A stretch of 64,000 bases of DNA from Hypanus sabinus (lineage: Eukaryota). The notes beneath the pieces were generated by a model, which was not told where the DNA came from, ran no database searches, and saw only the letters and a list, made by a program, of their open reading frames with translations. The stretch covers positions 135,532,001-135,596,000 of the forward strand of contig NC_082708.1 in the NCBI RefSeq assembly GCF_030144855.1, given 5' to 3'. A program made the translations under genes and the position numbers. Shown one piece after another: positions 39,265-52,310 of this stretch. The first letter of the stretch is position 1. The number at the start of each line of letters is the position of its first letter.

Positions 39265-41075
39265 AGATCAAGGATCAACTTTATTGGCCATATAATGTAT
39301 ATTTACATGTATTAGAAATTTGCTGTGATGTGTTGGCATGGCACACATCAAAGACAACAAAATTCTACACTTATAAAGAATAAAGAATTATGTAAATATA
39401 AAGTAGGTGACACACAGGTGCAATGAAATGTGCATAAATACATAAATACTAGCATGTATTTTTCAAGTGGTTTAAAATGTTTACAGTGCAGTACAGTGAC
39501 TGAAGTAATAGATGGAGGCAGTTGATGAGATTAACTGTTTGGGGGAAGATGCTTTTAAGATGGCATGATTTTTTTGTGTGTTTATAGCCCTATTACTCAT
39601 TCCAGAAGGGAGTTTTTGGAAAAGGCAATTTCCTGCATTGTATGGTCTGCAATGTTTTTTCATGCCCGCTTCTTTGCCCGGGAGACATACAAGTCCTGCA
39701 GTGATGGTAGACTGCAGCCAATGAACTTTTTCTGCTGTTCTGAAGTTCACTGTAGATTTTTGTATATTGTGAGGGGATGCTGTACTAAACCAGTTAGTAA
39801 TGGCTGAGGCGGGGATGCTTTCAATAATGACAATGTAGTATAGTACCAGTATGTTCTGGAAAAGTTGGAATTTTACCAGCTGCTGCAAGAAGTTCATCCT
39901 CTGTCGGGCCTTTTTGTTAACAGAGGAGATAAAATTTTCCACATGATATTTTGCAAAATAATCATGCACAGGAATCTGAATATTGATTTGAAAGATCTTT
40001 ATTGTCATTATACATAGGTACAATAAAACTCTGTTTAGCTTCCTCTTAGGCAATTAAATTAAGCGGTAGATAAAAACAAGACAGTAATTTTAAAAAAGTA
40101 TTAAGTAGAGAAGTAGCGGAAAATAAGTTGCAGCAGTTCCAGAATATCATAGTAATACACAAGGTGCTGTTAGTGCAAGTATTTGAATCCTTATGTGTGC
40201 TCACAGTTTCAGTCATTGTTCTGTGGGAGTGGTGTGATGGAGGCCACAGCTCTGGGGTAGAAGCTGTTCCTCTGTCTATTTGTTCTGGCTTTTAGTGTCC
40301 TGAGCCTTTTGCTGGACGGCTCAAACAGGGTCAAACAGGGAATGGCCGGGGTGTGTGGTGTCTCTGGTTATGCTGACTGCTTTCCTCCTGAGTCTGCTGG
40401 AATAGATGGTGTCCAGTCCTGGGAGCTCCATATTGAAATGGTGCTGACTGTAGATTTGTTGATGATGAGTGGGTGGAGAGGAAACACATTTCTCCTGAAG
40501 TTGATATGCATCTCCATGGTCTTGAGGGCATTCAGCTCCAAATTGTTGTGATTGTACCAAGCCACCAGCTTGTTTATGTCCGGTAGTACTTAGATTTGTT
40601 GCCTCTAGAGATTAATCCTATAATAGTGATGTTGTCTGCAAACTTTATCAATTAATCTGATAGATTGCTGGAGGCACAGTCTTCAGTGTGCAGAAAAAAA
40701 TAGGACAAGGGAGAGAACACTGCTAAGGCACAAGAGTGTTGACTGAGTGGGATGTGGAGGTGGGCTTGCCTAGTCTCACATACTGCCTCCTGTCAGAAAG
40801 AAGGTCTGTGATCCACCTGCCGGTGGAACCTGGTACATTAAGTTTGAAGAATTTCTCTTGCAAAAGCTCAGAAATGATGGTATTGAATGCTGAACTGAAA
40901 GTGAAGGACTATCCTGACATGTACCGGGGGAGTCAAGGTGCTGCATAATGAAGTCCAGACTGACGTCCAATCCATCATCTTTATAGGGAAACTGCACTTG
41001 ATCTAGAAAATTTTGAGTTATGGATTTAAGAAACGACATGAGCAACCTTTCAATAACAAAGAGTGCCAAACGTAG
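39265..41075 (-). mobile_element. Two adjacent Rex1/Babar-like LINE 3' fragments (about 39265-39950 and 39975-41075)
   Basis: 'KKARQRMNFLQQL...IIESI..SAITNWF' (39481-40053); 'WYNHNNLELNALKTMEMHINFR'; 'RDTTHPGHSLF'. Confidence 0.75.
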
Positions 41076-41554
41076 ATGCCAGTGCCCACTGCAGTTATGA
41101 TTACATGCAGCATCTCTGATGAACTCCTTTTGGTTAACGAGTTCTGCGCCAGTATTTTCAAACAGAGATCACTTCTACCTACTTTGAAAAGACACCAAAT
41201 AAAATAGGAATCGATTGTTTGGAAGTTAAATTTGAGCTAATCCCAACCTGAAATTAATTATTTGTTTTCAGATGTCTTGTTTGGATGACCATCCTTGACT
41301 GGTTATATAAAATTATGTGTTCTGATTTTGAAGGTAGAGATGGAAAAATCCCGATGCTTGTAATGTTGCTGCTTCCTTCACTTTAGAACTGAAAAGAACA
41401 CATAAAAATAGGAAAATTATTTTAAACAAAGCCTTCAATCAATTTACCTGAGATTATGAAAAGCCCAGTGGTTTAGACTCAGATTTGGTCAGTGAATTAC
41501 ATCACTGTTTTTGTTTGTAACCAATGCATCAAGGAAACCACAAGAGACAGCAAG

Positions 41555-43560
41555 GGTAGAAACTTGCATTTTATAGCTCCAGTACGAAAATGTACCACAG
41601 TGTTCCACGGATGTGTCCTCAAATGAAATTGGATGTCAATACAAAGAATAGTGATTTAAGCATTGATTAAGTACTAATCTCAGTGATCCAGGAAAGCTTT
41701 TTCACCTCTGTCATCAGATTTTGGAACAATCCTTGAACCCATGAATGCTGTCTTATTCCATTTTCTTGCATTATTTATTTATTTTGTAGCTTGTAATAAT
41801 TTTATATCTTTGCACTGTACTACTGCCACAAAACAACAAAGTTTATGTAATATACATCAATGATAATACAGTGTGATTCTAATTCCAGATTCTGATCCTA
41901 AGGAAGAATACGGAGATGAAGAGATAAAGGGGATGTTTCAGCTAATTCCAGAGTGCAGAATCTTCACAAATAATCATTGACCCTTGGAGCTGGGAGAGGA
42001 GGCAGAGACACATTGTTTGAGCAATAGGGTTTTGAAGAAGGAGAGGATGCATGGCTAAAGACGGTTTCATGGTCTTAATGCCATGAAAAGAATAAACATG
42101 AGCAGAACGTTTTGAAACTGAACACACTAGTGGACAAATAGCCAGCACTGGTCAGAAGGACAGTACAGGAAAAAGTCAGCAATATTTTTGTCAAGGTGAC
42201 CTTTATGCAGAATATTGGAATAAACTTGCAATGTCATTGAAATGAACATAGTAGCTCAAGACAGAGAGAGATGAGTTCATCTCATGGCTAAACAAGATTC
42301 CAATGTTTCTAACTGCCTCATGTGGAATTTGACCTATCTGTTGATAATGTAGTTAATGACAGTCTGTGGAGAGTTAAGTGGACATTACAGCCTAAGAGCA
42401 ATCAATAAGGAGCTGACAACTGCTGCAATGAATGTCTAAAGGAATTTAAAGGAACTAATATATTGGTCACACCAGGGTAAATAATCGTAGTGGAAGAAAG
42501 TAGATAGTTCGCCAGTTACCTGAGTTTCAAAGGTGGCTGAAGAAACAAAAAGCAACTATTGTTTGATTTCAGCCGTAGTCTTGTTGCAAGTGATATAAAA
42601 GTGAAGTTGTAATAAAGAGAGCCCTATTAGTGATCAAGGTAATGAGATCATGACATTTGTTGTATGGTGATAAAGGAATGATGGAAAGATGGGGGCGGTA
42701 TGGAACGGGCTTCAGTAGATCAAGGACAGATTATACAAAAGGTAGAGGCTCGAGGAGGATGAATGGTCATTAATTGAGAGAAAGAAGAACTGGATAACTG
42801 TTAAGAACTTTGAATGATAGAATTACTCAGAAATTAAAGAGAGAGAGTATAGATCATTGAGAAAATACTGTGAACGCAGGGCAGAAGTAGCATAATTAGG
42901 CCTGTGGAGTCCTCCTGTCATTCAATACTTCTATTTTTAGCCTTCATACACCTAATCAAATCGAGTTATTGATAATCAACCAAAGTAAAGTGATGGATAC
43001 AAAGAATTCTTAGACAGCAATTATACTCCCTCCACCCCCAAGTAACATCAGAATGGGAAAAGTGTTTGATGAGGTTAATGACTAACAGGTATGCCAAGCA
43101 AAATTAGCACAAAAATGTATGGGAGTACTGGTTTATCTCATTATATTGGAAGCACACCAAAAGCACAACAGAAGACAAAGAGGGTGGCTCTGGAGTAAAT
43201 CAAAAGATTTTAAGCCTGGCTCAACAGAAGGACAAAAAGAAGAGAGTGAAACAGCACACAATTAAAGGGATATGGGTAAGCAAGTTCTTCAAAATAGTTA
43301 GAAAAATAGAATTAATGAGAGACAAGAAAGGTAGGAATCAGAATAGAGTGTATCACAGATAAAAATACAGTATAAAGTGAAGGAAACAGGAATAGCGTGC
43401 GTGCAGGGAGAATGGCAATGAAATGGTTGTGTAAATAGAAAAAGAGGTAATTGTATTGCTCGTTGAGACTGGAAGAGATATAGGATCCTATGCTTAGTCT
43501 AGATGGTCTCTATTGAATAGATTAAAAGAAATGCGGTTCAGCAAGGTACAGAAATGCCAG
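41555..43560 (-). mobile_element. Possible very old L2-like LINE remnant
   Basis: 'aacttgcattttatagc' resembles an L2 3' end in reverse; strong purine bias on the plus strand; no readable ORF. Confidence 0.3.
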
Positions 43561-44809
43561 CAACACCAGGAAAATATTAATGCTTGGTATTGTAAGGCCT
43601 GTGTATGCAGGATCCTCTCAGTCTACAGCCAGCTAACAGGAGTCAGCTGCCACTTGTTTCCAACTCATCACCTGTAGCCTATTTATACTCAGCTTTCATC
43701 CGCAGTTCTTGTTCATTCATATGAACCAGCCAGCCTGAACAGTTGCTGTAAGCCTTCAGTTACCTTGTTGCTTTCTAGTGTTAAGTACCTGTTCTCTCTT
43801 GTTTTGTGTCCCCTTGTGACTTGTTATTTTGCTGTTTATTATTAAAGTTATCACTCACTACTAAATCATCTTTGCTGATCTGCATTTTGGTCAAACTTCT
43901 TCTACATTTCCTGGTGGGATTGTTGAACCTGTGATTAACCTAGCAGAGTGCGACTAAAGGAAGTCATCTATTGACACGAGTCAGCAATCCAGCAGCAACA
44001 GGAAATTATTGGCCATCTGCTCACTGCTCTCAACCAAGTCTCTGTCTTGTTACAACAACCTTAGACCAGTCAACCTGCTCCCGCAGAGCCCCTGATTCTG
44101 GTGCCAGAATATTTCAATGGAACTCCAACCTGATGCTGCAACTCCCTGTCCGAGAGTGGCTTGTACTTCGAGCTCCAATCATCTCTGTATTCTACAGACT
44201 GAGCCAAGACTGTCTTCATTATCTCTCTCTTGACTGAATGAGCTCTGACATGGGTTGCCATTAACTGGGACAATGATACCACCATCTACAATAAATATGC
44301 AGATTACACCCCTGAGATCTGCTGGATTTTCAATCATCTGGGAAATGGAAGAGAGGCAGTGGACTGAATACTTTGCTTGTGTCAACACTCACGCTCAGTG
44401 CTAGATTACACCATAGAATTCAGGACCCTCTCGATGGAATGCACCTGGAGTGCAGAAGTAGATGTTGTCCCATTACCATCACAGCCTCTTAGAGCTCTTG
44501 AAAGATGAGCTAACTACCAAGGAGCTGCCCACTGACCTCGAAATTCTCATCAATTTGGCCCTCCGTGTTGACGAGCATCTTATGGAATGACCCAGATCTG
44601 CAATTCCATTCCCAGAACCTTTGCAGCCTGCAGAACCAACATCAACAATGCATACAGAGCCTATGCAGTTAGCGAGTTCTCCATTAACTCCCCAAGAGCA
44701 TGAATGTCATTGGAGAAACAACTTGTGTGGTTACTGCGGAGTAGCTGATCAGCCACGCATTAAATGCCCACCATGTTTGGGAAAACAGCATCACCAGGTC
44801 AAGAAAGAA

Positions 44810-45230
44810 TACTTACTTATGCCCATTACACCAATGTATTTAGGGCAGAATGAAGGTCCTCCATCTCTGGTGGTATTCAGGGCTTCTTTCATCATGTCAG
44901 TAGCTACCTCTTGGTTTTCACTACTGTTAGTCATGCAAGTTGTGCGTAGAGACTCAGGAATACCATTGCACTCCGTAATAGCAGGATCCTTCATTACTGA
45001 TTCCATAACAATTCTGTTTTACTAGTCAGGGTTGTTAGCCTTGAACTGAACCCCTGAATGTAGACAACCAGTGGATCACTCTTAGTCTTGCCTCTACCCT
45101 TTGACAGGTTTGGCATGGATGACGCTACCAAGAGCCGTAAAGCCCCGACTCCAGCCAACATACTGTAGCTTTTTGGTTCAAGGTGGAACACGAGCCTCCA
45201 AACCATGATAAACATGCAGTCCCCTGAAGG
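44810..45230 (-). mobile_element. Non-autonomous RTE-derived retroelement inserted in the Sushi-like element
   Basis: Minus strand has the RTE-like 5' motif 'ggctaacaaccctgactagtaaaac' and a 'taagtaagta' tail; flanked by aggtcaag direct repeats at 44796 and 45231. Confidence 0.6.
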
Positions 45231-45374
45231 AGGTCAAGCAGAGGAACCTTCCATTTGATAGGCTCCTCCTGGTCCCTCATTCCAGCACCATAGCCTGACT
45301 CACCACCTATCCTCCTCCACAGATTGATAGCTACATGTACAGTAGATTCTGGTGCAGCAGGTAACTTTCAGGGT

Positions 45375-45850
45375 GGAACTCTGTCTTTGTCTGGATAGCT
45401 TCCAACCTGATGGCAGGAACATAGATTTCTCAAACTGCTGGTAATGCCCCTCCTCACCATTTCCCATTACCCTCTCTCTCCTTTCCTCCTCACCTGCCTA
45501 TCACCTCCCTCTGGTCTCCCCCCCTTCCCTTTCTTCCATGGAATTCTGCCTCTCCTATTAGATTCTCCCTTTTCCAGCCCTTTATCTCTTTCACCAATCA
45601 AGTTCCCAGCGGTTTACTTTACCTCTTGCCCTCTTCCAGATTCAGCTATCACCTACTAACTTGTATTTGTTCCTCCCCTCTCCCCACTTTCTTACTCTGA
45701 CTTCTCATCTTTTTTTCTCTCCAGTTCTGATAAGGGTCTTGGCCCAAAACATCAGCTGCTTACTCTTTTCCATAGATGCTGCCGGGCCTGCTGAGTTCCG
45801 CCAGCATTTTATGTGTTCTGGCTTTCCAGCATCTGCAGGATTGCTTTTGT
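45375..45850 (+). mobile_element. Penelope-like element 3' end (ORF C-terminus plus pLTR)
   Basis: 'LDSFQPDGRNIDFSN' C-terminus, pyrimidine-rich tract, degenerate hammerhead at 45722-45757. Confidence 0.75.
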
Positions 45851-48437
45851 CTCTAATTGGACTCTGTGTGTGCAGCATGAACTCCCTAATGAGCTGATCT
45901 CTCACTCCTTCTGCATCACGGCCATTGATGGACATCCATTGAGGTTTGAGGTGGTCAGAACGTGCACAGGGCCTGTGCCCATGAGCACAGGAGAGCACCG
46001 CGAGTCCACTCAATTCTGTTATATAGCTTCACCCAACACTCCTCACATCTTGGGTTACCGAGAGCCCTCCAATCACTTGGTTATCCAGTGCACTGCTAAG
46101 ACGGAACCCACTGACTGTCCACCTGTCTGCATCCTCAGCTGACTTTACCCGGTAAATAGAGGAGTCAGAGGAAACCCTCAGCCTCACAAAACTCACACAG
46201 GAATATCATGACTTAGCCATTACCTTCAGTAAAAGGAAACCCAGCACTCTGTCACCTCACAGACCCAGATTACATGATCAAGCTCCTCCCAGGCACCACT
46301 CCTCCCTGAGGTCCTCTATTCTCCCTCTTTCCTCCTGAGACCCAAGCCATGAATGTCTACATCACTAAAGCACTACAGCTACCATGCTTCATTCATACAT
46401 ACAAATCCACAGCTGGTGTAGGATTCTTCTTTGCCAAAAAGAAAGATGAAGGGTCTCCAAAACTACATCATCTACTGTGGAGTCAATTAAATCACAGTAA
46501 GAACCACTACCCTCCCTGCTTGATGGATTCTGCATTCAGAACATTCTGTGGATCCATATCTGCACCAAACAGGCTCTGGAGGCATACAACCTGAGCCGCA
46601 TCGACCAGGGGAATGAGTGGAAGACACGTCCATACCAACCACCGGCCACTGACAAACACTTGGTGATGCCTTTGACTCACCCAAAATCCTGCCAGTTTCA
46701 AAGCCTACGTTCATGAAATCTTCCAAGACATCCTACATTCCATCTGCCCAGATCCTCACCACCTGTGAGGATCTGTGACCTTGATAACCAGATCCTCCTG
46801 GCTCTGCAGCATAGCCTGTTCCAGCTGAGACACCCGGTAACTGCATGTACATGCTAGTGGTCCTGCGCTCTGAAGCACTCCAGTGGGCACATTCCTCACT
46901 CCTCTCTGGCCATCTAGGTGCACGACGGACTCTGGATTTTCCATGACACAGGTTCTGGTGGCCTGCCCATGATTGCAGAATGATATCTGTACATTGCCGC
47001 TTGACCTCAACCTGCCCAGTTCATTTCCTCCAAGCAGCAGTTTTCTGGGCTCCTGCATTCCCTGCTGATCTCCCACACCACTGTAAATTTCATCACAGAT
47101 TTACCAACTTCCAGTGGGGCCATGGTGATCACAACAATGGTGCACCAATTCTCCAAGGTGATATTCTTCATTGATCTCCCCAAACTTCTGCCAGCTGCTA
47201 AGATGGTGGAGCTGGTTCTGCAATATGTAGTTTAGTTGCACACCTTCCTCCAGGACATTGTGGTGGAATAGTGCTCAGAATTCATCTCCCGTTTTCAGTG
47301 GGTCTTCTGCTCCCTCCTCTGCACCTCAGTGAGTTTGTTCTCTGGCTATCATCTGCCGACCAATGGACAGCTAGAAAGAGCCAATCAACAAGTGGAAAAA
47401 GTTTCTGTAATGTTAAGCTGCCTTTCTTCCCTCCACATGGAAGAAGGATCTGCGCTGGGCCAAGCTATCCCACAGTGTACAAATTCACAGCAGGTCCAGC
47501 AGCATCAATGAAAAGAGCTACTTCCTCTGGACAACCATTTCAAGAGCCTGCACTGCAGTAACAGGTGTGTAATTGATACCCTGAATTAAAAGAAACTGAA
47601 CACAAGAAAATCTGCTGATGCTGGAAATCCAAGCAACACACACAAAATGCTGGAGGATATCAGCAGACCAAGCCCCATCTGTGGACAAAGAGTAAACAGC
47701 CAATGTGTCAGGCTGAGAACCTTCATCAGGGCTGGATAAAGAGATGAGAAGGCAGGGTAAGAAGGTGGGGGGAGGAGAAGAAGTACAAGATGGTAGGTGA
47801 TAGATTAAACTGGGAAAGGGGGAGGGATGAAGTAAAGAGCCTGGAAGTTGATTGGTGAAAGAGGTAAGGGGCTGGAGAAAGGGGAATCTGTCAGGTGGGG
47901 GGGAAGAGCACCAGAGGAAGATAGTGGGTAGCTGAGAGAGGGAACTGGAAATGGGGAATGGTGAAAGAGCAGGGGGAGGGGATCGATTACCTGAAGTCCA
48001 AGAAATTGATCTGGCTGAAGAATTGGAGCTGGGGGCAGGGATTCAGGATTCTGGATAATCGTGACCTCTTCTGGGGTAGGTGGGACTTACATGAAAGAGA
48101 TGGGTTGAATTTGAACTTGAGGGAAACCAATATTCTTGCAGGCAGGTTTACCAGAACTGTTGAGAGTGGTTTAAACTAATATGACAGGGGGATGCCAACC
48201 AGTATGATAGAGCTGAAGATGAGCCAGCAGGTTTACAAGTAGATGATGGATGTAACATGACTGTAAGGAAGGACAAGACAATGACTGGATACAAATGCAG
48301 ACAGAACAAAGAGTTAAATTCTAACACAAAAACAAAATTCAAAAGGGTGAAGAATGCAGAACTGAAGATGCTGTATTTAAATGCACACAGCGTTCAGAAT
48401 AAGATGGAGGAACTCATGGTGCAATCAGAGATTGGTC

Positions 48438-49485
48438 TCTAAGTAGGATGGAGCAAAGCCAAGAAGGCGCTAAACGGTGACTCCTTTGTTTGCATGTTTG
48501 GAAACAGCTCTATTTCAATCTTTGATATCTCTTTTTTTCTTCTTTTCAAGGTTTGTTTGTGAACCCTGACCTGAAGTTACATTCCGACTTTGGTTCTTTA
48601 CGGGAATGGGACCTGCTTACAGGTCCTCACAATCGGCAACTTTTTGATATCCCAAGGACGAGGCCTACACCGGCTGGTGGCGTAGCGGCATCAGCCCCGG
48701 ACTTCGGAGTGAAAGCTCCTGAATTCGACTCCAGGCAGCTCCCTTGCGTGCTGGTTTGAGTGTCGAGCTAGCAACTCGGCCTCGTAAAAAAAAGGAGGCC
48801 TGCTAAGAAGACACAGCGTCCCGACGGCTCCACTCGGAGTTAAAGGCTTTTAAAATAAAGGACGCGGCCTGGAAGACCAGTGTGCTTCCAGGGTGCTGAA
48901 TTTTTTTAGCTTTGGAGACAGGCTGATTCAAGGCCAGTGCCCGGAACTAAGGCATTGCGGGGGAACACGGAACATTGGAAGCAACGGGTTAGCCGTTGGT
49001 TGTGTGACCAGAGACCTGAACCTTTCTGGGGCCAATTCACTGGGCCCAGAGCTCAGAAAAAATGACACAACAGACTTTTAACATCATAAATCAACAAGTT
49101 GTTGGTTATGTCTCCCCTCTCACTGTGAAACGGGGACACCTCTTTTTCCTTTATTAGGAAGAGAGTGTCGGTGGTATGTTGAATTGCCACATAAATGAAT
49201 AGACTTTGGGGTATTGCAAATCTGTGTCTTTAGTAATGCTTTGCTGCATGCTTGAGTGCTCAATGGAGGGCACCAATAATTTTTTGCTGCTGGGGGAGGG
49301 CGGGTCATTACTTTGCTGCTGCCAGTGCATGGGAAGGAGGAGCTGGGGGGTGGTTTGGGGTTCTAGCTTTTAACTGTCATTCATTCTTTTGGGCACTCCT
49401 GTTTTTGCGGATGTTTGCAAGGAAAAAGAATATCAGGTCATATATTGTATACATTTCTCTGACATTGAATGTATCTACTAAACCT
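48438..49485 (+). mobile_element. Full-length non-autonomous retroelement inserted in CR1
   Basis: Perfect 7-bp TSD attggtc (48431-48437, 49486-49492); 5' 'aagaaggcgc' (YY1-like); 3' part homologous to 11320-11620; no coding capacity. Confidence 0.75.
48667..48857 (+). mobile_element. Young tRNA-derived SINE with an RTE-like segment
   Basis: A box TGGCGTAGCGG, B-like ATTCGACTCC, 'gctagcaactcggcctcgtaaaaa'; 13-bp TSD aaggacgaggcct / aaggacgcggcct; CpG-rich. Confidence 0.85.
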
Positions 49486-51683
49486 ATTGGTCAGTACGGC
49501 ATTGGCATTGTGGGAATCAATGAGTCATGGCAGGAAGGGGCATAGTCGGCAGCTTAACATCAATGGATGTACTTGGTATCAGAAGGGCAGGCAGGAAGGC
49601 ATAGGCCTTGGTGTGCTTCTCTTGGTCAGAGATGGAATTACATCTTTAGAAAAAGGTGATATAGAGTCAGAGAATGTTGAATCTTTGAGGCGAGAGTTAA
49701 GAAATTACAAGGGTAAAAAGAACATGATGGTAATCATATATAGGTCACTAAATAGTAGCCAAGATGCGGGGTTGAAGTTGCGAAGGGGCCTGAAAAAGGC
49801 ATGTAATAAGGGTAATGACACAATTGTAATAGGAGCTTCAATATGCAAGGGGATTGGGAAAATCAAGTTGGTGTTGGATCGTAAGATAGGGAACTAGTTG
49901 AATGCCTACGAGATGGCTTTTTTAGAGCAGCTTGTGATTGAGCCTACTCAGGAAAAGGCTATCTTAGATTGGGTGTTGTGTAATAACCCAGATCTTATAA
50001 AGAAGTTTAACGTACAGGAATCCTTATGAGACTGTGATCATAAGATGATTGAATTCATACTGCAATTTGAGAGGGAGAAGCGCAAGCCATATGTATCAGC
50101 ATTGGAATAGAATAACGGTAATTACAGAGGGATGAGAGAGGAGCTTGCCCAGATGAATTGCAAGAGGATACTTGTGGGGATGACAGCAGAACAGAGATGG
50201 CTGAAGTTTCTGGTAATAATTCAAATGGCACAGGACAGATATGCCCCACAGAAGAAGTTCTCAAATGGCAAGGGTAGGCTGATAGAGGAAGCTAAGGATT
50301 GCATAAAAGCCAAGGAAAGGGCATATAAGGTAGCAAAATTAAGTGGGAAGCTGTATGATTGGGAAGCTTTTAAAATCCAACAAAAGATAACTAAAAAAAA
50401 AGCTATAAGAATGGAATTGATGAACTATGAGGGCAAACTAGCCAATAATATAAAGCAGGATACTAATAGTTTTTTTTCAGTTATATAAAGAGCAAAAGAG
50501 AATTGAGAGTTGATATTGGTCCACTGGAAAATGATTCTGATGAGGTAGTAATAGGGGACAAAGAAATGGCAGATAAACTTAAGGGTACTTTGAACTTATC
50601 TTCATTGCGGAAGACATTAGCAGTGTACCAGAGGTCCAAGAGTGTCAGGGAGCAGGAGTGAGTGCCATTGCGATTACAAAGCAGGCTATCCAGATGGAAT
50701 ATAAGGTGTTGCTCCTCCAAACTGTGTGTGGAATCATCATGGCAGAAGAGGAGGCCATGGGCTCACATGTTGGAAAGGGAATGAGAAGTAAAATTGAAAT
50801 GGGTGGCTACTGGGTGAGTCCGCTTTTTCTGACAGACAAAGCATGTCTCCCAGTCTATGTTGGGACTCCGCTATACAGGAGGCCATACTGGGAGCATTGG
50901 ATACAGTGGATAATCCCCAACAGACTCACAGGTGAATTATCATCTCGCCTGAAAGGACTATTTGGGGCTATGAATGATAGTGATGGAGGAGTTGTTGGGG
51001 AAGGTGTGGCTCGAGTTCTGCTTGCAAGGATAAGCACCAGGAAAGAGATTAGTGGGCAGGGACAAATGGACAAGGGAGTCCCCGATCTCTGTGGAAAGCA
51101 GGAAAATGGCGGAGAGGGAAAGGTATCCTTGGTGGTGGAACCTCGTTGCAGATGGCAGAAGTTATGGAGAATTATGTTCTGGATGAGGAGAGGTGGGAGT
51201 TGAGGGCAAGATGATGCCTGTTCCTGGTGAGGAGGAGGCCTTGAGAGAAATTGATGTGCATGCCATCAGTTTGGAGGTCATAATGCTGCTCATCTGAAAT
51301 CCAATGTAAAGAGGGGATTTTTTTCAACCATCACTACATGATTCAGAAAATTTCCAGGTACTCTCAGCAGATGTATTATAAATAAATCCTATCCATTAAT
51401 ATGTAATGAAGCCCATGGGAGTAATCATTATTTATGACAATGCCTTCATGAGTTATGCCTTTCAGATGCTTTGCTTTCAGTTGTGACTGTTTCAGAAATC
51501 CTAGGGATGCTATATACATTATGTAAAACTTGTAATTTCTGAAGAGTCATTACAATTATGTGATTACTGTACATTAATATGTAGCCCACCTCTATTGAAC
51601 AGGCTTTAATCAACCCACAAAAGCTAGTGGAGAAGATCAACAACCTGAGCTTAACTTCCTGATCCTCTCACATTATTGCTATT

Positions 51684-52150
51684 AAGACCATATGAGCAAA
51701 GTTATGCTATTCGGTTCATTGAGACTGATCCACCATTTCAACATGGCTGATCCATTTCTCTCTTGTCCATTCTCCTGCCTTCTCCCCATAACCTTTCACA
51801 CCCTGACTAACCCAGAACATATCGACCTGCACTTCAGACACACCCAATGACCTGGCCTTCATAGCCACCTGTAGCAACAAATTCCACAGATTTACCACCT
51901 TCTGCCTAAAGAGGTTGCTCCTCATCTTGGTTCTAAATGGGCATCACTGTACTCTGAGGCTGTGCCCTCTGGACCTAGACTACCTCACTTTAGGAAACAT
52001 CCTCTCCACATCAACTTTATCTAGGGCTTTCAACATTAGAAAGATTTCAATGAGAACCACCCACACCTATTCTTCTAAATTTCAGCAAGAACAGGCCCAG
52101 AGCCATCAAATGTTCTTCATATGGTAACCCTTTCATTTCCAGAATTATTG
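51684..52150 (-). mobile_element. CR1 3' fragment
   Basis: 'RSNLFRQKVVNLWNLL' (51716-51925); tail 'aagaccata'. Confidence 0.8.
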
Positions 52151-52310
52151 AGCCCAAACGTTTCCTGTCTCTTAGCTCCTGTCAATGGATCCAAATCTAT
52201 GTACTACAAGATAAAAAACCATCAACATTTATATTTTTAATATCAAACATACTGATGTTTGTAAACTGATTAAAATAAAGACGTTTACAAATAACGATGT
52301 TGAACTGTAT

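Larger units (their letters stand above)
43591..47470 (+). mobile_element. Decayed Sushi-like Gypsy retrotransposon (LTR-like 43591-43910, gag, PR, partial RT, partial INT)
   Basis: 'DYTIEFRTL', 'LKDELTTKELPTDLEILINLALRVD', 'EPMQL...LCGYCG...IKCP', 'VDSGAAGNF' (about 45342), 'AGVGFFFAKKKD', 'SGYHLPTNGQLERANQ'; large internal deletions. Confidence 0.8.
48011..50681 (+). mobile_element. CR1 internal fragment (end of ORF1 plus APE endonuclease region of ORF2), lacking its 3' end
   Basis: 'WLKNWSWGQGFRILDN...RDGLNLN..ETNIL' (esterase-type ORF1 end); 'LKMLYLNAHSVQNK', 'IVGINESW', 'IIYRS'. Confidence 0.88.
47590..51280 (-). mobile_element. Penelope-like element (GIY-YIG remnant plus pLTR) split by a CR1 fragment
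   Basis: 'GIIHCIQCSQYGLLYSG' GIY-YIG motif (50855-51073); 'EEQHLIFHLDSL' at about 50685-50720 continues as 'INFLDFR*' at about 47987-48010; a partial repeat of the same C-terminus lies at 51245-51278. Confidence 0.8.
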
